Shown here: piece after piece, positions 11,148 to 24,704 of the stretch
Layout of the letters: each line of letters begins with the position of its first letter
How positions within the stretch are numbered: position 1 is the first letter of the stretch
Source: Yuukianura sp. NJ FZ-2021
Taxonomy: Eukaryota
Length of the DNA: 64,000 bases
Reading direction: 5' to 3'
Assembly (NCBI GenBank): GCA_046563655.1
Contig: CM102289.1
Span: 4,340,001 to 4,404,000, forward strand
Translations under genes and position numbers: made by a program
Notes under the pieces: model-generated
The model's database searches: none
Seen by the model: only the letters and a program-made list of their open reading frames with translations
Told to the model about the DNA's origin: nothing

Positions 11148-14100
11148 ATGAGTCGTCAACTTAACTCTGAGTGTGTGAAAGGAAAGCGGGAAAAATTTGC
11201 TTCTAGCAGAACATCTCTTTCAGAGACTTGGGATCAATCCGTTTGCGATGACCGAAGAATCCCAGGATATCCTGACCTTCCGTCTCCAACTATTGGAAAT
11301 ATCAGCAAAGAAATTGCAATTAATCGACTCGGCTCGCAATACATACTGCCTGGAAGCAATGTCTATCCGAACCAAGTGACGCCAAACAATAGCCAAACTG
11401 GTAATGACCAAAGCCGCTTCCCGACACAATTTTTTCCAACGTCATTGAATAAAACGGCTGCCCATCCATCCGTGTGGAGAAGACATGTTGCAATTCAGTG
11501 TAATATTCTACAACCACCAGAAAGAATATTTGAGGTAAGGCGAGGCGTTGAAGCCCTCAAGATTAAATCCGACCCAGATTACTTTTTAAGAGCGTTGAAA
11601 GCCCCTGGGGAATGCGAAACTTCCTCAACAAAAAGTTTTCCTTTGACAGCCTAGTAATAAATAACTCGAGTTTCGGAGTAGAGATTTTTTAAAAGTCTAG
11701 CTATTGCCTAACCTGCTAAGGAACCAGCCTTAGCGAACTTAGTGAAAAAGTGTTTTCTGCCGTTCTTGGAATATGAGACAAGGCGTGTTTATTTTTAGAA
11801 AATGATCTCAAACTTTCACCCTTGACATTTAGAATATATCAATTCTTTTTGGAGAAAACCTAGCGAAGTCTCATCCCTCCAATTGACTTTCTCTCCGAAT
11901 ACAGCAGCAGCAAAAGTAGCTTTATCAGTCAGAAACTTTGAAACACGCCTCTGTCATTTCTGAATTTGCACCAAATTGGGCTGTGTATTGTTAAAAAGAA
12001 TCTTGGCAAAAAAGGGAAGCTGAATTCAGCTTGGTGAATCCTTGCGGCCTGAAACTTTTATTATTCAAACAGGAGTAACGCAAGTTTATGACATCAAATT
12101 TGTAAACTTGAAAATTCGGATTTACAATAAGCTTGTTGCGATGTCATCAGAATACACCTCTAGGCAGGGTGGTAGACTTGCATTTATAACTTTTTTTTTG
12201 CCTTAAGGAGAGGATGGGTAGCGCAAAACGGATTGGTAAATCATTTCGAAAACTGCACCAAGGGATGCTTTGTTAACTTTGGAAACTTACAAAAAAAAAT
12301 CTCCAAATTGAAAAAGACCTAGAACGGCAAATTCCTCAAGAATCCGAAATCGCGTGTTTTCCAAAAAGATTTCATTTCCAAAATTTCAACATCTAAAAAT
12401 TTAGAGTCTTAGGGTATTCGTATTATATTAAATGTTAGCTTCCCATTCTCTCACGGTCTACAAAATTTGTTACATATTGATTGACTTAACGCCGAGTATT
12501 CAACATTATTGTAGTAAGTCCTCTGCCAGGTCTCATCAGCATGAGTGAACCAAACTTACATCTATTGCAACCACGCAGTGTAATAGTGTAACCGCCACTG
12601 TCGTTTCTGCTAACACTCAGTGGTAACAATTATGTGGTACAAAAGTCATCGCAACCATGTAGCCATAACTACGCGTTTTACACGCTTTCCGTGGATGCAA
12701 ACAGACAAAAAAGGTTGGTTATACCGCGTGGGTACGCCAACGCAAGAGTTGGTTTTGTTATCCTAGTTCGAGCGCCGACGGTAGGAGGCGCCATGGATTT
12801 TCTAGTCAACATTAAAACTAAACACCCAGTATTACTGTTCATATTCTTGAAGCATGTTTGTCGAAATAATTTTCAGGTAACACCAGGGATACATGAACTT
12901 CATGGTAGTCAACTACGTACGAACCATCGTTGCTTGGCTTACTACAATGGAGCTACATATCGTAGGGCTACCAAGGTTGGCGAGTCACGTCAACTTTCCA
13001 AATCTCTCGATTGGGATCAATTTCCGCGTAGTCACCACTCTCCGTTCTGCGAGTTGCCGAGTCAAGTTTCAAAGAAAACACTTGAGCAACAAGTTGAATC
13101 TCGACGTGATATTGCTGACATTCGTCATGGGTTCTTCTGCAATGCAGCCCATAGTCTTGAACCAAACGTTGAAAAGGCACAAAAAGATGAATACTTGCTT
13201 AAGGAGAGTTTGTCGTCAGCAGAGGACAAGTCGGAACATATCGTTTCTTGTAGGAACTGTAGCGGACCAGTCTTATCAACCTTTGAAGAACATGTCTCAC
13301 ATTCCACTCAAAAAACAACAGGAGCTGGCGAATCGGATCCTCCGCACCTTCGAGCTGAATCGTCAACATTTGTACCCGAGACACAACTGCAACTTAAATC
13401 GTTGGACCAGCGCCCAGGAACAGAATCTATCCAACCGCGATCTCCGCGTCCTTCATTGAGCTTTACGTTGCCAATTCCAGACCTCACGGAAACAGAAAGC
13501 GAGAAGCTGAAAGCATGCTCGCACCAGGGCAGTACAACTGAGAAGCAGGCTAAGGTGGTTGAAGGACGAGGAAAATCCTCAACGCTACCGACAATTGACA
13601 ACAAGCACATCGTGGCAATTAGAAATGCTGAGAAGCGACGGCGGTTCTTTGCCCGGAAACAAACTAATTCTGCTCCAGACTCATTTGAAGCCAGTTCTTT
13701 CTTTCATGTCTCAACACAAGGAGTCATCAACACTACTCGTAAGTCTATCCGTAGTCGTCCAATGGCGGCTTCTATTTCAATAATCTGGGACTAAGTTGAG
13801 GGTTTTGCACACTGGTATTGCGCAGCATTTTCATAAAACTTTTATTGTAGGGAGGATTTGTGGAAACTGCAAGGGACCAGTTACTAATTGTTTGGACGTA
13901 GTTTTAAGAGGCAATAAGAAGGATCGCGCTGATCTGGCAGCCGCGATACCTACCGTTGAAGGTAATTGATTACTATTGACGTGTTTGCTTTATAGTACCA
14001 TATTTTTTTTCTAAATGAAATCGTTTTTGCCATACCGCCTTATTATATTTCGAGGTACGGATGATACACTCTTTCCGTAAGTATAGTCTTGTACGTTACT

Positions 14101-17100
14101 TAACATTGTTTTACAGTGTTTGAAACTGAAATCCGGACTGCTCGTTGTGGGAATTTGTCCGTGACGCACGTATCTGAACTGGATTATCCTGACGCTGATC
14201 CACCATGTCACTTTTGTTGTGAACAAGCATCCACCGCAATCCATGACGAGTCAAGACTTCAAATTGTCAGTGGAGGTAAAAACCATATTATACGCGAAAT
14301 CATAATTATTTTTATTAGTCCAGATATAAAATAATACTTTTAGGCACAAAACATTTAAGGATTTGTAATATTTAACGAGGTGTATTATTAATTAATTATT
14401 ATACATTAACCTAGAAATTCACCCCCTACCTACTTTGTACTTTCTTTGTTGCTTAGGACTGGTAAGGAGTCGTGATGGCAGTGCTCGAAGTGGGGCAAGT
14501 CCATACATCAATCTTCCATCTCCCAACGTACAGGCTGGAGTAAGCTATGAAACTTAATTTATTATTTTAGTATACTTGAGACTCAGGTCTACGAGACATT
14601 GCCGAAGACAATTAACAGGCCTTAAAATTAGTTAAAATAAGAACCGGATTGGAAGTTGTTGATCATTTGTGTAAACAGTCTACACGAATGATGAACAACT
14701 TGAATACACGCTGTAGAGAACTTAACCTTAAAGATTTACAGCACTAAACGGAATTTCAATTTCTTGTTTACAGCATTTTGAAAGAAATTTTGATATTCAA
14801 CTGCTTAATCGTAGAGTTGTCTTACTTATACTTTTAGTGAATTTGAAGTAACAACAAGGATAGGATTGAGAGTCATTTGACATTCCTAGATAAGATGAAA
14901 GCCGTACAACGTGTTTTACCGTAGTCAAATCTTCGTTCACGAATGTTGACAACTATGGATAACGCAAAAATTTAAAGTAGCTAACGAGTTGCCATTTCGA
15001 TTCTGCAACTTGACATGTTTATATGAATTCTTACACGGTAGTCAAAGATTTAATGTGCATGGGGCAATGTGAGAATTGGCTGTACTTTTTGCATTTCACA
15101 TTGATGTTAATCTGCTTTGTATTATATGTCATCCAAGAGCCACTGGACTCTACTTAAGTTTCCGCAGCGAAAAGGTTACCACCCATTTCAAATTCAAAAA
15201 CTATATACAATTCTCCCCTTGCCCCATGGCCATTAAATCTTTAGACTACCCTGTACTTCTCGCAGACGATGTGATCATTGAAATGTATCATACGTTTTTC
15301 ACGGAATTTAATGCTAAATTAATAGGCGGGAATTCGCATTACTCATCGGTAAAGCCCTATTGAACCTCATCTTCAAAAACATGCAAATAAATACCACAAT
15401 TAGTCGGAACCCAAATTAATTAGGGCAACTACATTATAATCTACATAAGATTTGTTTTGTGTTATAGAATGAAGAAGGGGGTGTTGCTTTTGGCAGCATT
15501 GATTTCTCCGGAAGTATATCACATGGTCAGCACAGTCCTACGGCTCACCAATCCGGTCATCATACTCCCGAGATGGACAATTCTACTGCAAGTCGTGCTT
15601 CTTCTATCTACGTAGCATCAAGCCCTCCTGGAAATAAAGTTAACGAAGAATTTGTTGGTCCTTCCGTGTCGTCACTTACTCGACGGCCGGCGCTCGTCCC
15701 ACCAAAAATAATGTCGGACGTGGACTATGACCACGAAAATCAGCGGAACAACTGTGGCGGGTAAAGTTTCCTGTGAAACATTATAATTCAATCTCTCTAA
15801 ATAATTCCCTGCGCAAACATCCATTCACAATATTTTGTCTGTATATTTTATAGTCTCATAGACAACACTGGTACGAGGGCCAGAAGAAGTTCAATGGTAG
15901 TCATTCCACCCATGCAAATATGCCCAGGAGACCTTTTAGTTTACGGCAAAGTACTGAGTCAGCGGAAAAGTCTTCTAGGTAAGACCAGCTTTGAGAACAC
16001 TTACATATATGATAATTGTCTTAACAGTACTTCTACTGTATCTACCATCTATAGCTAAGATGTGTAAGGATGAATTACGATTGGCAAAGAGATTTGTGAT
16101 ATTATGTATATCGAGGCTTTGATATGTGAACCGAATTGACCACTAGTGTTTTTTACATTTCAGGTACGCCGATAGAGAGCTCCAGTCCTGCTCAGGGCAT
16201 GTTCGAACACGGTAAGCATTCCTGCCTATACTGCACATAACCGTGAACTACGCCATCTTGAAGCCAGTATTTGGTCAAGTCGTAACCAATTTATTTCATA
16301 TTTTGAACAGAAACAAGTTCCACCAGAAAAGGAAAGGCCAGTTGGTCGCTATTTAAACTGGTAGGTACAACATATATAATATATAACATAACATATATAA
16401 TATATAACATATAGTGAGCGCCAGCAAAAACCATACACCCGAAATTGTTTAATTTCGTAACTGTGGAGGGAAAACCAGTGAAATTACGCGATTTACAAAA
16501 ATTTCATCATAAGAGTTTAACTGAAGTTTCATATTTTGAGTTATTTTTCCCGCCATGTTTACCTAAATTTCAACTCGTTTCTACGGAAACAAATTAGGAG
16601 TGTATGGTTTTAGCTGGCGCTCACAATGTATAGTTTTTCCTGTTACCGATTTTTAACTCCTTACTTCTCTCATAGTTTGAGCGGGGCGGCCGAGCAAAAG
16701 CAGCTGAAACGGGAACCTTGGAAGACGTTATGAGTATTATCCAGCCATGTGATTTCAGCGATCCCAAGCTCATGCGCTTTAAAGGCATGTCCTGGACAGA
16801 TTTTGTCAACTTCGTCGCCAATTCCAAAGCTGATAATTCCATTACAAGCTCCCAAGAGGACGAAGAACTTCTACTTCCACGGATTACAGGGTCTCTAACA
16901 GAACCAAAGCTCATTCCAGGACAAACTTCCACAACAGTAGGTTCGTCAAGCGAACTCAATTCTAGCGAAGCATGTGACAGTTCGCGTGCAATTTCAATGG
17001 GAACAACTTCAACCGCCGGAGCAATGCAAACTTCCCCAACAGCCGTAGCTGCAACAGAAGCAATATCAAAGAGCAATCCCAAAAAAGTAGAACAGAATGT

Positions 17101-20017
17101 AAAACCGTTAGTGCGTAAACGCATGGGCTTAATGAGAACTATGAGTGACCGATGTTTGGAAAGGAAAATTACGCCATCTTTCTGGAGAGCAAGTCCCGGA
17201 TTTTTGAACGAGAAAGTGGTTGAAGGGAAGGAAACAGAAAGTTTTGAAGCCAAGACTGAAAGAAGTGCAATTGCTGCGCTGGGATCAAAGGTTTGTCCGG
17301 TGGCTATATCAACAATGTGCCAACGGACTGATAGTGTGCAGCAGTCCACCAAACCTTCCGAAAATGCCGAAAACCCTAAACGGCAAAAACTGAGACAAAA
17401 GGAAGCTCTGTGGGATTTGTTCCAAAGCGAGTCCTCATTTCTGTATGATCATCTCATGGTTCTCAAAAACGTAAGTAGTCATTTTATCTACAATAATATA
17501 GTGTTGTGTACCAGTTCTCATTTACATCACAAAAAAGAGAACACATTTTTCAGACAAAATTCACCATATTGATGCTGGGCGGACCCCGATCAAAACGATT
17601 TGCATTATTTTTTGGTTAAAAATTTAGTTTATCCAAAAAATTCTGCGAGGCGACATAACTACTGCGGTCAAAACGTTTAACAGAAAATATTTTACTTTTT
17701 ATAATATAGGTCTTTTTCGAGCCGTTAAAGAGAATACAGGTAGAGGGGTTTGCCATGTACGCTGAACCGGAGTTACTTTTCGGTAACTTGGACGAACTTT
17801 GTTGTGTTACGTATGGATTCTGCAAGGAATTCGTCCATCTTCTGTTCAAACTCACCAGCACGACAGATGACCTATCGACAACTGAAGTTTTGGGCAAGCT
17901 TTTTGAATCCGTAAGCCGCTTGAGTTGTTCAGATTATAATAAATTTCAGTTTTGTTAAAAGTACAAAGAAGTTCTTTGTCGACAGAAATGATGTGTAGGT
18001 AATACCGCCGTTTTATCCTTGCATTGGAAATGTCTTGTCATCGGCGTATGCATAGTAATGGATTTTTAGGTTGTATTACATATACTAGCATATCGTTAGC
18101 TACGACGATTTGAATATTTGCTATTCATGTTATGCCAATTCAAATTTTTTTTAAGGCGTTCTCTAACACACGTCTTCTGATGTCTTATTTTACAGAGTAG
18201 CAAAGCTCGAGCGATGTCTCAAGCGTATCATCGCTATGCATTGAATTACATAAACGCTCTAAATTACTTGGAGACGCTGAGGCGACACTCAGAGTTTGAA
18301 GAATTTGAAAAGGTAAAATATTTCAAACAATTTATATGTTCCTAGTAAGTGATAGCCATTTCTTCAAAAAATTCACGGTAAAATTTTTTTCTACTAAAAA
18401 GCGTCGTTACCGATATAAGTTACTGCAATGAAAGAGTTTCTAAGTTATTGATAGTTGGAAGTTATCTATGTCTTAAGTGTTGTGAACCGTGCAGTGTACG
18501 GGATTTTTCAGGAAAGAGTTAATGTTATGGTAGAATTTAGCTAAGATTTTTGTATTGCAGATTGTAACATTTGAAATATTTTCTTGTATGCAGTTCTGCA
18601 TGCGAGATCCACGGTGCAAGAAACTTCAACTGACTGACCTCCTTGTTTCCCCCGTTCAACACATCATGAAAATTCCACTTATTCTGAAAGATATTCAAAG
18701 TCGGACCAATCAGCCAAAGGAAAAAGAGCTTATTGCTCAAATACTTGAGCTTCAGGAAACTTCAATTCGTAAGTTTAAAAAATTACACGTAAGCAAGATA
18801 CTAATTTATAATGGTATAACATAGCGACGCATCCATATCTACAAGTTAGTGTTAGGAATTCAGCAGGGCATCCAATATATGTCATGTTGAGAACATAAAG
18901 ACTGTGGTTGCCAGAGATATTTTTCACTGTTTAGGTATGGCAATGGCGAGGAAAAAGATTTTGTATTCGCGCCATTACTTATAAATTTATCCTGTATGAT
19001 ACGATGTTTGTGTCTGCACTAGGTGAACTAGATGACAAAATGAAGTGGCTCAAAAACTTCGAAAGACTTTTGGAGATTCAGCGAAACATTGTATGGCCAT
19101 CAGTCTTGGAAATGGAACCTAAGGCAAGCCCGAAAATTATTTGATAAATTACTGTAACAAAAATGTGTCTGAATCCGGCATTATATTTGTTCACTTTTCT
19201 AGACGTGGATTCCCGAATTCCTTCGCACTGCATTAGGCAGGCAACCTTGCGACAGCTTAGTTGTGTCACCCAGGAGGCAAATCGTACACGAGGGATTGCT
19301 ACAACTGTGGGACACCGGAAAACCGATGGAAGCATATGTGATACTTTTTGACGATATGCTCCTCATTACAAGACGCAAAAAGGGATTAAGCAAGAAGGTA
19401 TAGGAAGCCATGTCTTAAGTTACTGATTTTATTCGTAGTTAAAGCCTTTGCTAGAGAACTTTTCAGTAGAAATTGTGAATTATAGAAATCCTCTCTCACC
19501 GAAAATTGGACGAGTTCGTGTGGGAAAAACCAAGGTGTGGGAAGCGGTCTGGAACCGAACCATCGTTACATTGTGTATCGCCAGCCAATTTCACTGGATC
19601 GATTTTTCATACATGACATCGGGGACGCAGAAAACACAACGGCAAAGCTGGATTCTAGTTTTGTACTGGTATCACTAAATCGGTTTCAGCAGATCATTTC
19701 TGTTCATACATTCCAAGCTGCAACGGATGCATTTAAGGTTAGGAATTAATAACACGCACAATATAAACTTATACTTACAATACATCACAGCCTGCGGTAT
19801 GCTTCCTTTTTCAAACCTGGCTTAACTCGAAACGTGCCTGTTTTTGTTACAGAACGTATGGCTCCAGAAATTAAAAACGACACAAGACAAATGGAAGCGG
19901 ACACTTCAAAATACGGTCTTCCGCGGCGTGCGAAACTCAACCGATTCTACCCAATCAACCGTTGCTTCCACCCTTCTGGGGAAAATCACAAAACCATTTT
20001 TGAGTCGTGAAACTTGA
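11148..20017 (+). CDS. PLEKHG7: DH-PH Rho guanine nucleotide exchange factor, PLEKHG7-like, with a long low-complexity N-terminus
   Basis: Motifs: RRSSMVVIPPMQICPGDLLVYG (about 15880-15950); DH domain KEALWDLFQSE..LMVLKNVFFEPL, LFGNLDEL and DPRCKKLQLTDLLVSPVQHIMKIPLILKDI; PH domain HEGLLQL..YVILFDDMLLIT..YIVYRQPISLD; stop at 20015-20017. The 5' exons (11148-about 11534, 12877-13738 and following) join in phase, but the start is less certain. Confidence 0.8.
16414..16624. mobile_element. MITE (about 211 bp) with about 25-35 bp terminal inverted repeats in a RhoGEF intron, Tc1/mariner-like
   Basis: Left GTGAGCGCCAGCAAAAACCATACAC versus right reverse complement GTGAGCGCCAGCTAAAACCATACAC (1 mismatch in 25). 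No coding capacity; TA-rich flanks. Confidence 0.8.
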
Positions 20018-20889
20018 AAAGACTTAACTTGCTGGATGAAATGTGGGAAAGTTTTGTTTCTTTCGTTTGACTAATTGATAAATCAACATTATTTCTAAAC
20101 TTTGGACTGAAGATGGGTTACATGTTACACACGGAATGAAGAACAGTAGTTATTCGCTGTACTTGATGTTGTCTGTCGGTACAGCTTTTGGTTTCAAATT
20201 TGCACCACATTGGTTAAATTATCAAATTAAACCTACATGCAAACTTACAAATGAAAGGGTAACAATTTTGAGGAAACTCCTCCATTTTAAATTGAGATTC
20301 TAATTGGCTTAAGGTTATCAGCGGGAAATTGTACCAAACATGTAGCTGAGTGGCAACTAAAATCTGAATTAAATCGGTTAATCGTACGTGGACAGAATAT
20401 AAGCGATACCTACTATTTTACAGCAGACACAGTTCTGTTGTTTAACGGTTTTGTATCTTGGTAGCGCAAAAATTTACCATGTTTTGAGACAAAACATTGA
20501 CTTCTGCAACGCTGCGATCATCGAACAGTCACTCGGAATAAAAATCGAAGGTTTAGTAAAGCACGCAATAGTAATTACGTTACGTCAGTAGGTTTGGCTG
20601 ACTGAGTTTCGCTATATTGATTAAATGTGCCCGGGGTGGGTACGGTACAATGGAGCAATGGTACTACAATTTTACGAGCTCGAATTTCCTATCCTTGGTT
20701 TCACCAAATTGAGTGTTGGGAGTGCATCCTTTCTTTTGTGACCCCTTCGCAGCCAAATTGCTGGGAGTCTCGCTCAGCAGTCACAAAAGAAAGGTGGCAA
20801 AAAAAATACACAGAACGCACAAAGTTTTGAAACGGAGCATAGTCCCAAGTCCCAATCGAGACGGTAGGGAGACTCGGTGTTTCGAGCTA

Positions 20890-20932
20890 GTGGGTACATT
20901 TGTCCCCACTCGGTGGGGACAAATGTATCCAT
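20890..20932. repeat. Near-perfect 20-bp hairpin palindrome, probably the core of a decayed foldback element at about 20620-21015
   Basis: GTGGGTACATTTGTCCCCAC-TCG-GTGGGGACAAATGTATCCAT in a GC-rich island between the RhoGEF and HRG1 3' ends. Confidence 0.75.
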
Positions 20933-21532
20933 CCGGTGGGGACACTGAGTGCGTACAATGGAGGTAGCGCGAAAATTTGAACGGGTGGGGAGAGGCGCGG
21001 GACCCACGTTTAATTCGACCGAATATTTCGGCAAAATGTATGTATTAAGGTTGAATATAATCAATCACTTTTGAATTACTTTATTTCTTGCGAGGTCTTA
21101 GTGTAAAATAATGTTCTAATATTGTACCGTATACGTACACCGCATTTTACGCAAAGTATATGCGCACAACATTATACCTTTGAATTGGGTGAATATGGAA
21201 AGATGCTGACACGAAACCCATGCCGTACATGGTTGGCAGACCGACCAGTAACACCGACGTTTAATAGCGAATTTGTAGGCTCAAAAACATACTCGTTACA
21301 AACTTTTAGCTAGACTCAAACTCATCAAATAAAAGTAGTAAATCCTACGTAGGAACAGAATATAAATTTTGTAGGTTAATTGAATGAGAAAACTATTAAC
21401 AAATAACAATGCGCCTATATTACTAACATTAGCTGAACTTATTATTTAGGTACTACTGTCGAATTGTAGCACCGGCATTGAAAGGAAAATTAGTACTATG
21501 TTACAGTAATCAATTATTGCTCTCTGGTAGAA

Positions 21533-22088
21533 TTACTCCATGTCTTGGATAATAACAAATGGCGTAGAAAATTCCAGAAGACGAGCAAATTTGAAGCTTA
21601 GTATAGTGACAGTAAATGACCATTTCCAAGTCATTCCGGACCAGACGGCATTAAGGTAAAAACTGTCCTTTACCGGCATCAACGGGATATGTTGCGTGTA
21701 GGCGACAGTTACGTAAAAGATTGTTAGTCCGAGGGATATTATGCTGCAAATCCCGCCGAATACAGACAAGGCCTTCAAATTCCTCGGGGAGTACCAAATC
21801 ATCAGACGGTTTTCGGATTTTATGAGCGTAAGATGGAGAGATATGGCGGCAAAGATACCTAGAGAATAATGAACAAATGAATGGAGAGGAGAGAATGAGA
21901 AGCCATTTCACAGGCTGAAGTTCAGATTCGTAATTCTTTGTCCACAATGCAGAACCGCACTTACCAGAAGTTAAGGCGAATCCTCCAGCGACAGCGTTGT
22001 TATAGTAGAATGAAAAGATGAAAAACACAGCAATACCACAATACGTTCCAATAGCAGAAGCAACTGCCAACAACGAGAACCTCGCCAT
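21533..22088 (-). CDS. SLC48A1: Heme transporter HRG1 (SLC48A1), 2 exons, 149 aa
   Basis: Exons 22088-21965 and 21858-21533 (phase 1, GT-AG) encode four hydrophobic segments. They include GIFAAISLHL (conserved His) and SFYLNAVWSGMTWKWS..FARL, typical of the HRG-1 family. Confidence 0.85.
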
Positions 22089-22582
22089 CTTTCGTTGATA
22101 CTTCGATTTCAGATATCTGGGACAGAAATGGCAGACTTCCAGACTTGGCTAATTTAATCCACCGTACCGTACAAAATCTCCGACTGCAACTATATTACAT
22201 GTATTTAACCATCAAGTAGTTAAATGGGTTAGGGCCAGCAATAAATGGCTACGTTTCCTTGAATTTTGTAACCGCTAGAGTCCAGTGTGTAATGTCAATG
22301 TCCAACTAAAAAAAAATTTTTTTTTGTATTAGTTATTACACATTGTTCAGACGGACACTGAATATGGTAGACAATGGATTGTACAATATCAGTTACTATT
22401 CTTGTCGAAGGCGATTAAATAATAAATATGTCATCTCCTCCTGGGTCAAAGATTAAGGTCAACCAGCTGCACAAGGCTTGTAGTAATACACTACTACCGA
22501 ACTGCACATGCGCTAACGCCTGATACCTATAATGCCCAATACCTAAACTCCGACAGTCAGAGGTAGGTATCGGCTCCTAAAC

Positions 22583-22661
22583 ATTTCTAAACATTAATGC
22601 GTGAATCATAAGGCGGAGTCCGACTTATGATTCAGATTCACGCATTAACATGTTTAGAAAT
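22583..22661. repeat. Long inverted repeat (about 80 nt hairpin) between the BAP18 stop and the HRG1 start
   Basis: ATTTCTAAACATTAATGCGTGAATCATAAG...CTTATGATTCAGATTCACGCATTAACATGTTTAGAAAT; the arms pair apart from small bulges. Confidence 0.75.
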
Positions 22662-22842
22662 ATTAATAAAATAGACAGTTCGGGGGAGTCAAGCAGCATA
22701 CACTTAATTGCTTATTTCCACTTCAAAAATGTAACAAAAAATTTATTTACACAGATAAAAGATAAAGATTAGTCTTTCCCTTAAATTGACAACTCCATCT
22801 AAACCATACTGTTATTGTTTTCTCTGAAGTTAATTTTCTGGT

Positions 22843-23340
22843 TCAAGTAGAAGCTATGGTGTTAGAGTCAAACTGATTCGACATTTCTAAATCTCCATCA
22901 GAGGCGTTTAGCATGTTCAAAGTCACTTCAGTTTGTTTGAAATTGGCCATTGCCGTGGTGTTGGTATTGCCGGATTGCAGACGTTGATGAGGCTTTGAAT
23001 TGGAAAGAGTGCTTGATCCACTGCTCCCTGACGTAGTAAGTTCATTGGAGTTGGAAGCTTGACTTGTTAAACGAACTCCAGCCTCTGTGTATGCCTTTGT
23101 CTTCAATGCAGTCCGTATCTGTGAAACGGTTCTGGTTTTAATTACTTCTGTGATTTTGCTCAAATCGTCTCCAAATCGTTTGATGCAAGCGTGAAGCATA
23201 TCGATCTCCTCATCCGTCCATTTGCTGCCAACCCCAGTATCGCTCGGAGGACGTAGTTGCATCGTTAGTTCACCAAGCTTTGTAAATGCGGTCCCGGCAT
23301 GAAGATATATTTCCCCGACTTTATTTGCCGATGAACTCAT
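22843..23340 (-). CDS. BAP18: Chromatin complexes subunit BAP18 (C17orf49 homolog, SANT/Myb domain), intronless CDS
   Basis: MSSSANKVGEIYLHAGTAFTKLGELTMQL..KWTDEEIDMLHACIKRFGDDLSKITEVIKTRTVSQI..VTLNMLN matches BAP18 motifs. Confidence 0.92.
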   Translation of the reverse strand: MSSSANKVGEIYLHAGTAFTKLGELTMQLRPPSDTGVGSKWTDEEIDMLHACIKRFGDDLSKITEVIKTRTVSQIRTALKTKAYTEAGVRLTSQASNSNELTTSGSSGSSTLSNSKPHQRLQSGNTNTTAMANFKQTEVTLNMLNASDGDLEMSNQFDSNTIAST

Positions 23341-24704
23341 AGTGGTACTGGATGATGTAGTTCTGCCTTGCTCTGTTATTCAGTATCGAAAAACAAGAAC
23401 GAAATCTTATAAATACTTGAAGTAAGTAACTATAAATGTGGGTGCTCAAGGTATATTTTTCAAAAAAGGAACAACTTATGGCTTATCGTGAAAGCTAGAT
23501 CTTGAACTCTGACCCGGAAGATTCATTTGGAACGGAGCAAGATGACAAATTTATTAACTGTAATGTAATATGCTAGGAAAGCGGCGGGCCATAATAAACA
23601 AAAGTTGTCCAGCGCATTGAGTAGACCATTTTTTGTCCTATGACCTGCCAATGGTCCTGTGGTCCCTCCCTGGATTGGTTTTGTTTATTCCCTCAATTCA
23701 ATAAACTTAATCTCGACATCCAGTCTTGTCGAAACGTACCTTCTGGTTCTATTGAGACAAAATGTTGACCAACAAGGTAGACTTCTCCAACAGATGAAGT
23801 ATAGAACGATGACCTCCTACAGATTTAGTACAGATGATGAGGATGACTAAGAATACGAATGTTGACAGTAACAAGAACAACAGTAACAAGGTGACGAACT
23901 GAGAATTTGGATGACAATAGGGGTCTGGCTAAAAGTCGGATGTCGGACTTATTGAATCCTGTATGAGGGGTACATACTGTCATTCCTCATAACTCCGTCC
24001 ACATGGATAACGTTAGATTTGGTAAAAGCCTTAGCAAACCTGACCATTGAATTGGAACCTACTAACCTCAAGTTCGTGGCCTCTGAGTGCTCAGATCTAA
24101 CTCCTGAACTGTGGGATTATAAATGGAGTCTAGTTGGGTTGTCAGGGGTTTTCACAAAGTTGGGAATGTTGTAGCCATCGATGAGTAGGCCTGCATGTCA
24201 GAAACATGGTAAGCTAATATCACTAAGCTATAACAAATACTAATTAATGGTTACAATAGATGTAAGTTTGGTTTAGTCAACCGCGCAATGTGGATCGACA
24301 CATCTGACGGTTCTTGGAATTAGCCACTCCGGAAAAGTTTTAAAATCACAAACTTTTTCATTTTAAGCTTGCCCAACCCAGATGTTATGAAATCACCTGT
24401 TAATTACTCATTCGTCATTCATCGTATTTTCTATAGTATTCTGCTTTGAGTTAACCAAGAAGTTTACAAATTCTTTCCGAAAAGCATTACTAAGTGTGCT
24501 GGTGTATCTTCGGATTGTGGTGGGTAATTAAACTAAGCGCTAGTATTAGCTAAGGTTGATTTTTTAAACCATTTTTGTTAATGGTGTTATATTATAATTT
24601 TCTTCTGTCCTTCATCACGGATATTGAGAATTAACTCACGAAATTGTGTTGTGTATTTAATAGGTAAATCGAGAGTGAAGATCTATACATCCGGGACAGG
24701 CAAT

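Noticed and set aside
12893..13459. 188-aa overlapping ORF, and the many antisense ORFs over long exons (e.g. 16621-17352, 31357-31896)
   Set aside because: Shadows of real coding exons with no independent homology or splice support.
23341..24400. RNASEK-like upstream partner of BAP18, as in the human read-through locus
   Set aside because: No RNASEK-like peptide in the frames I read.
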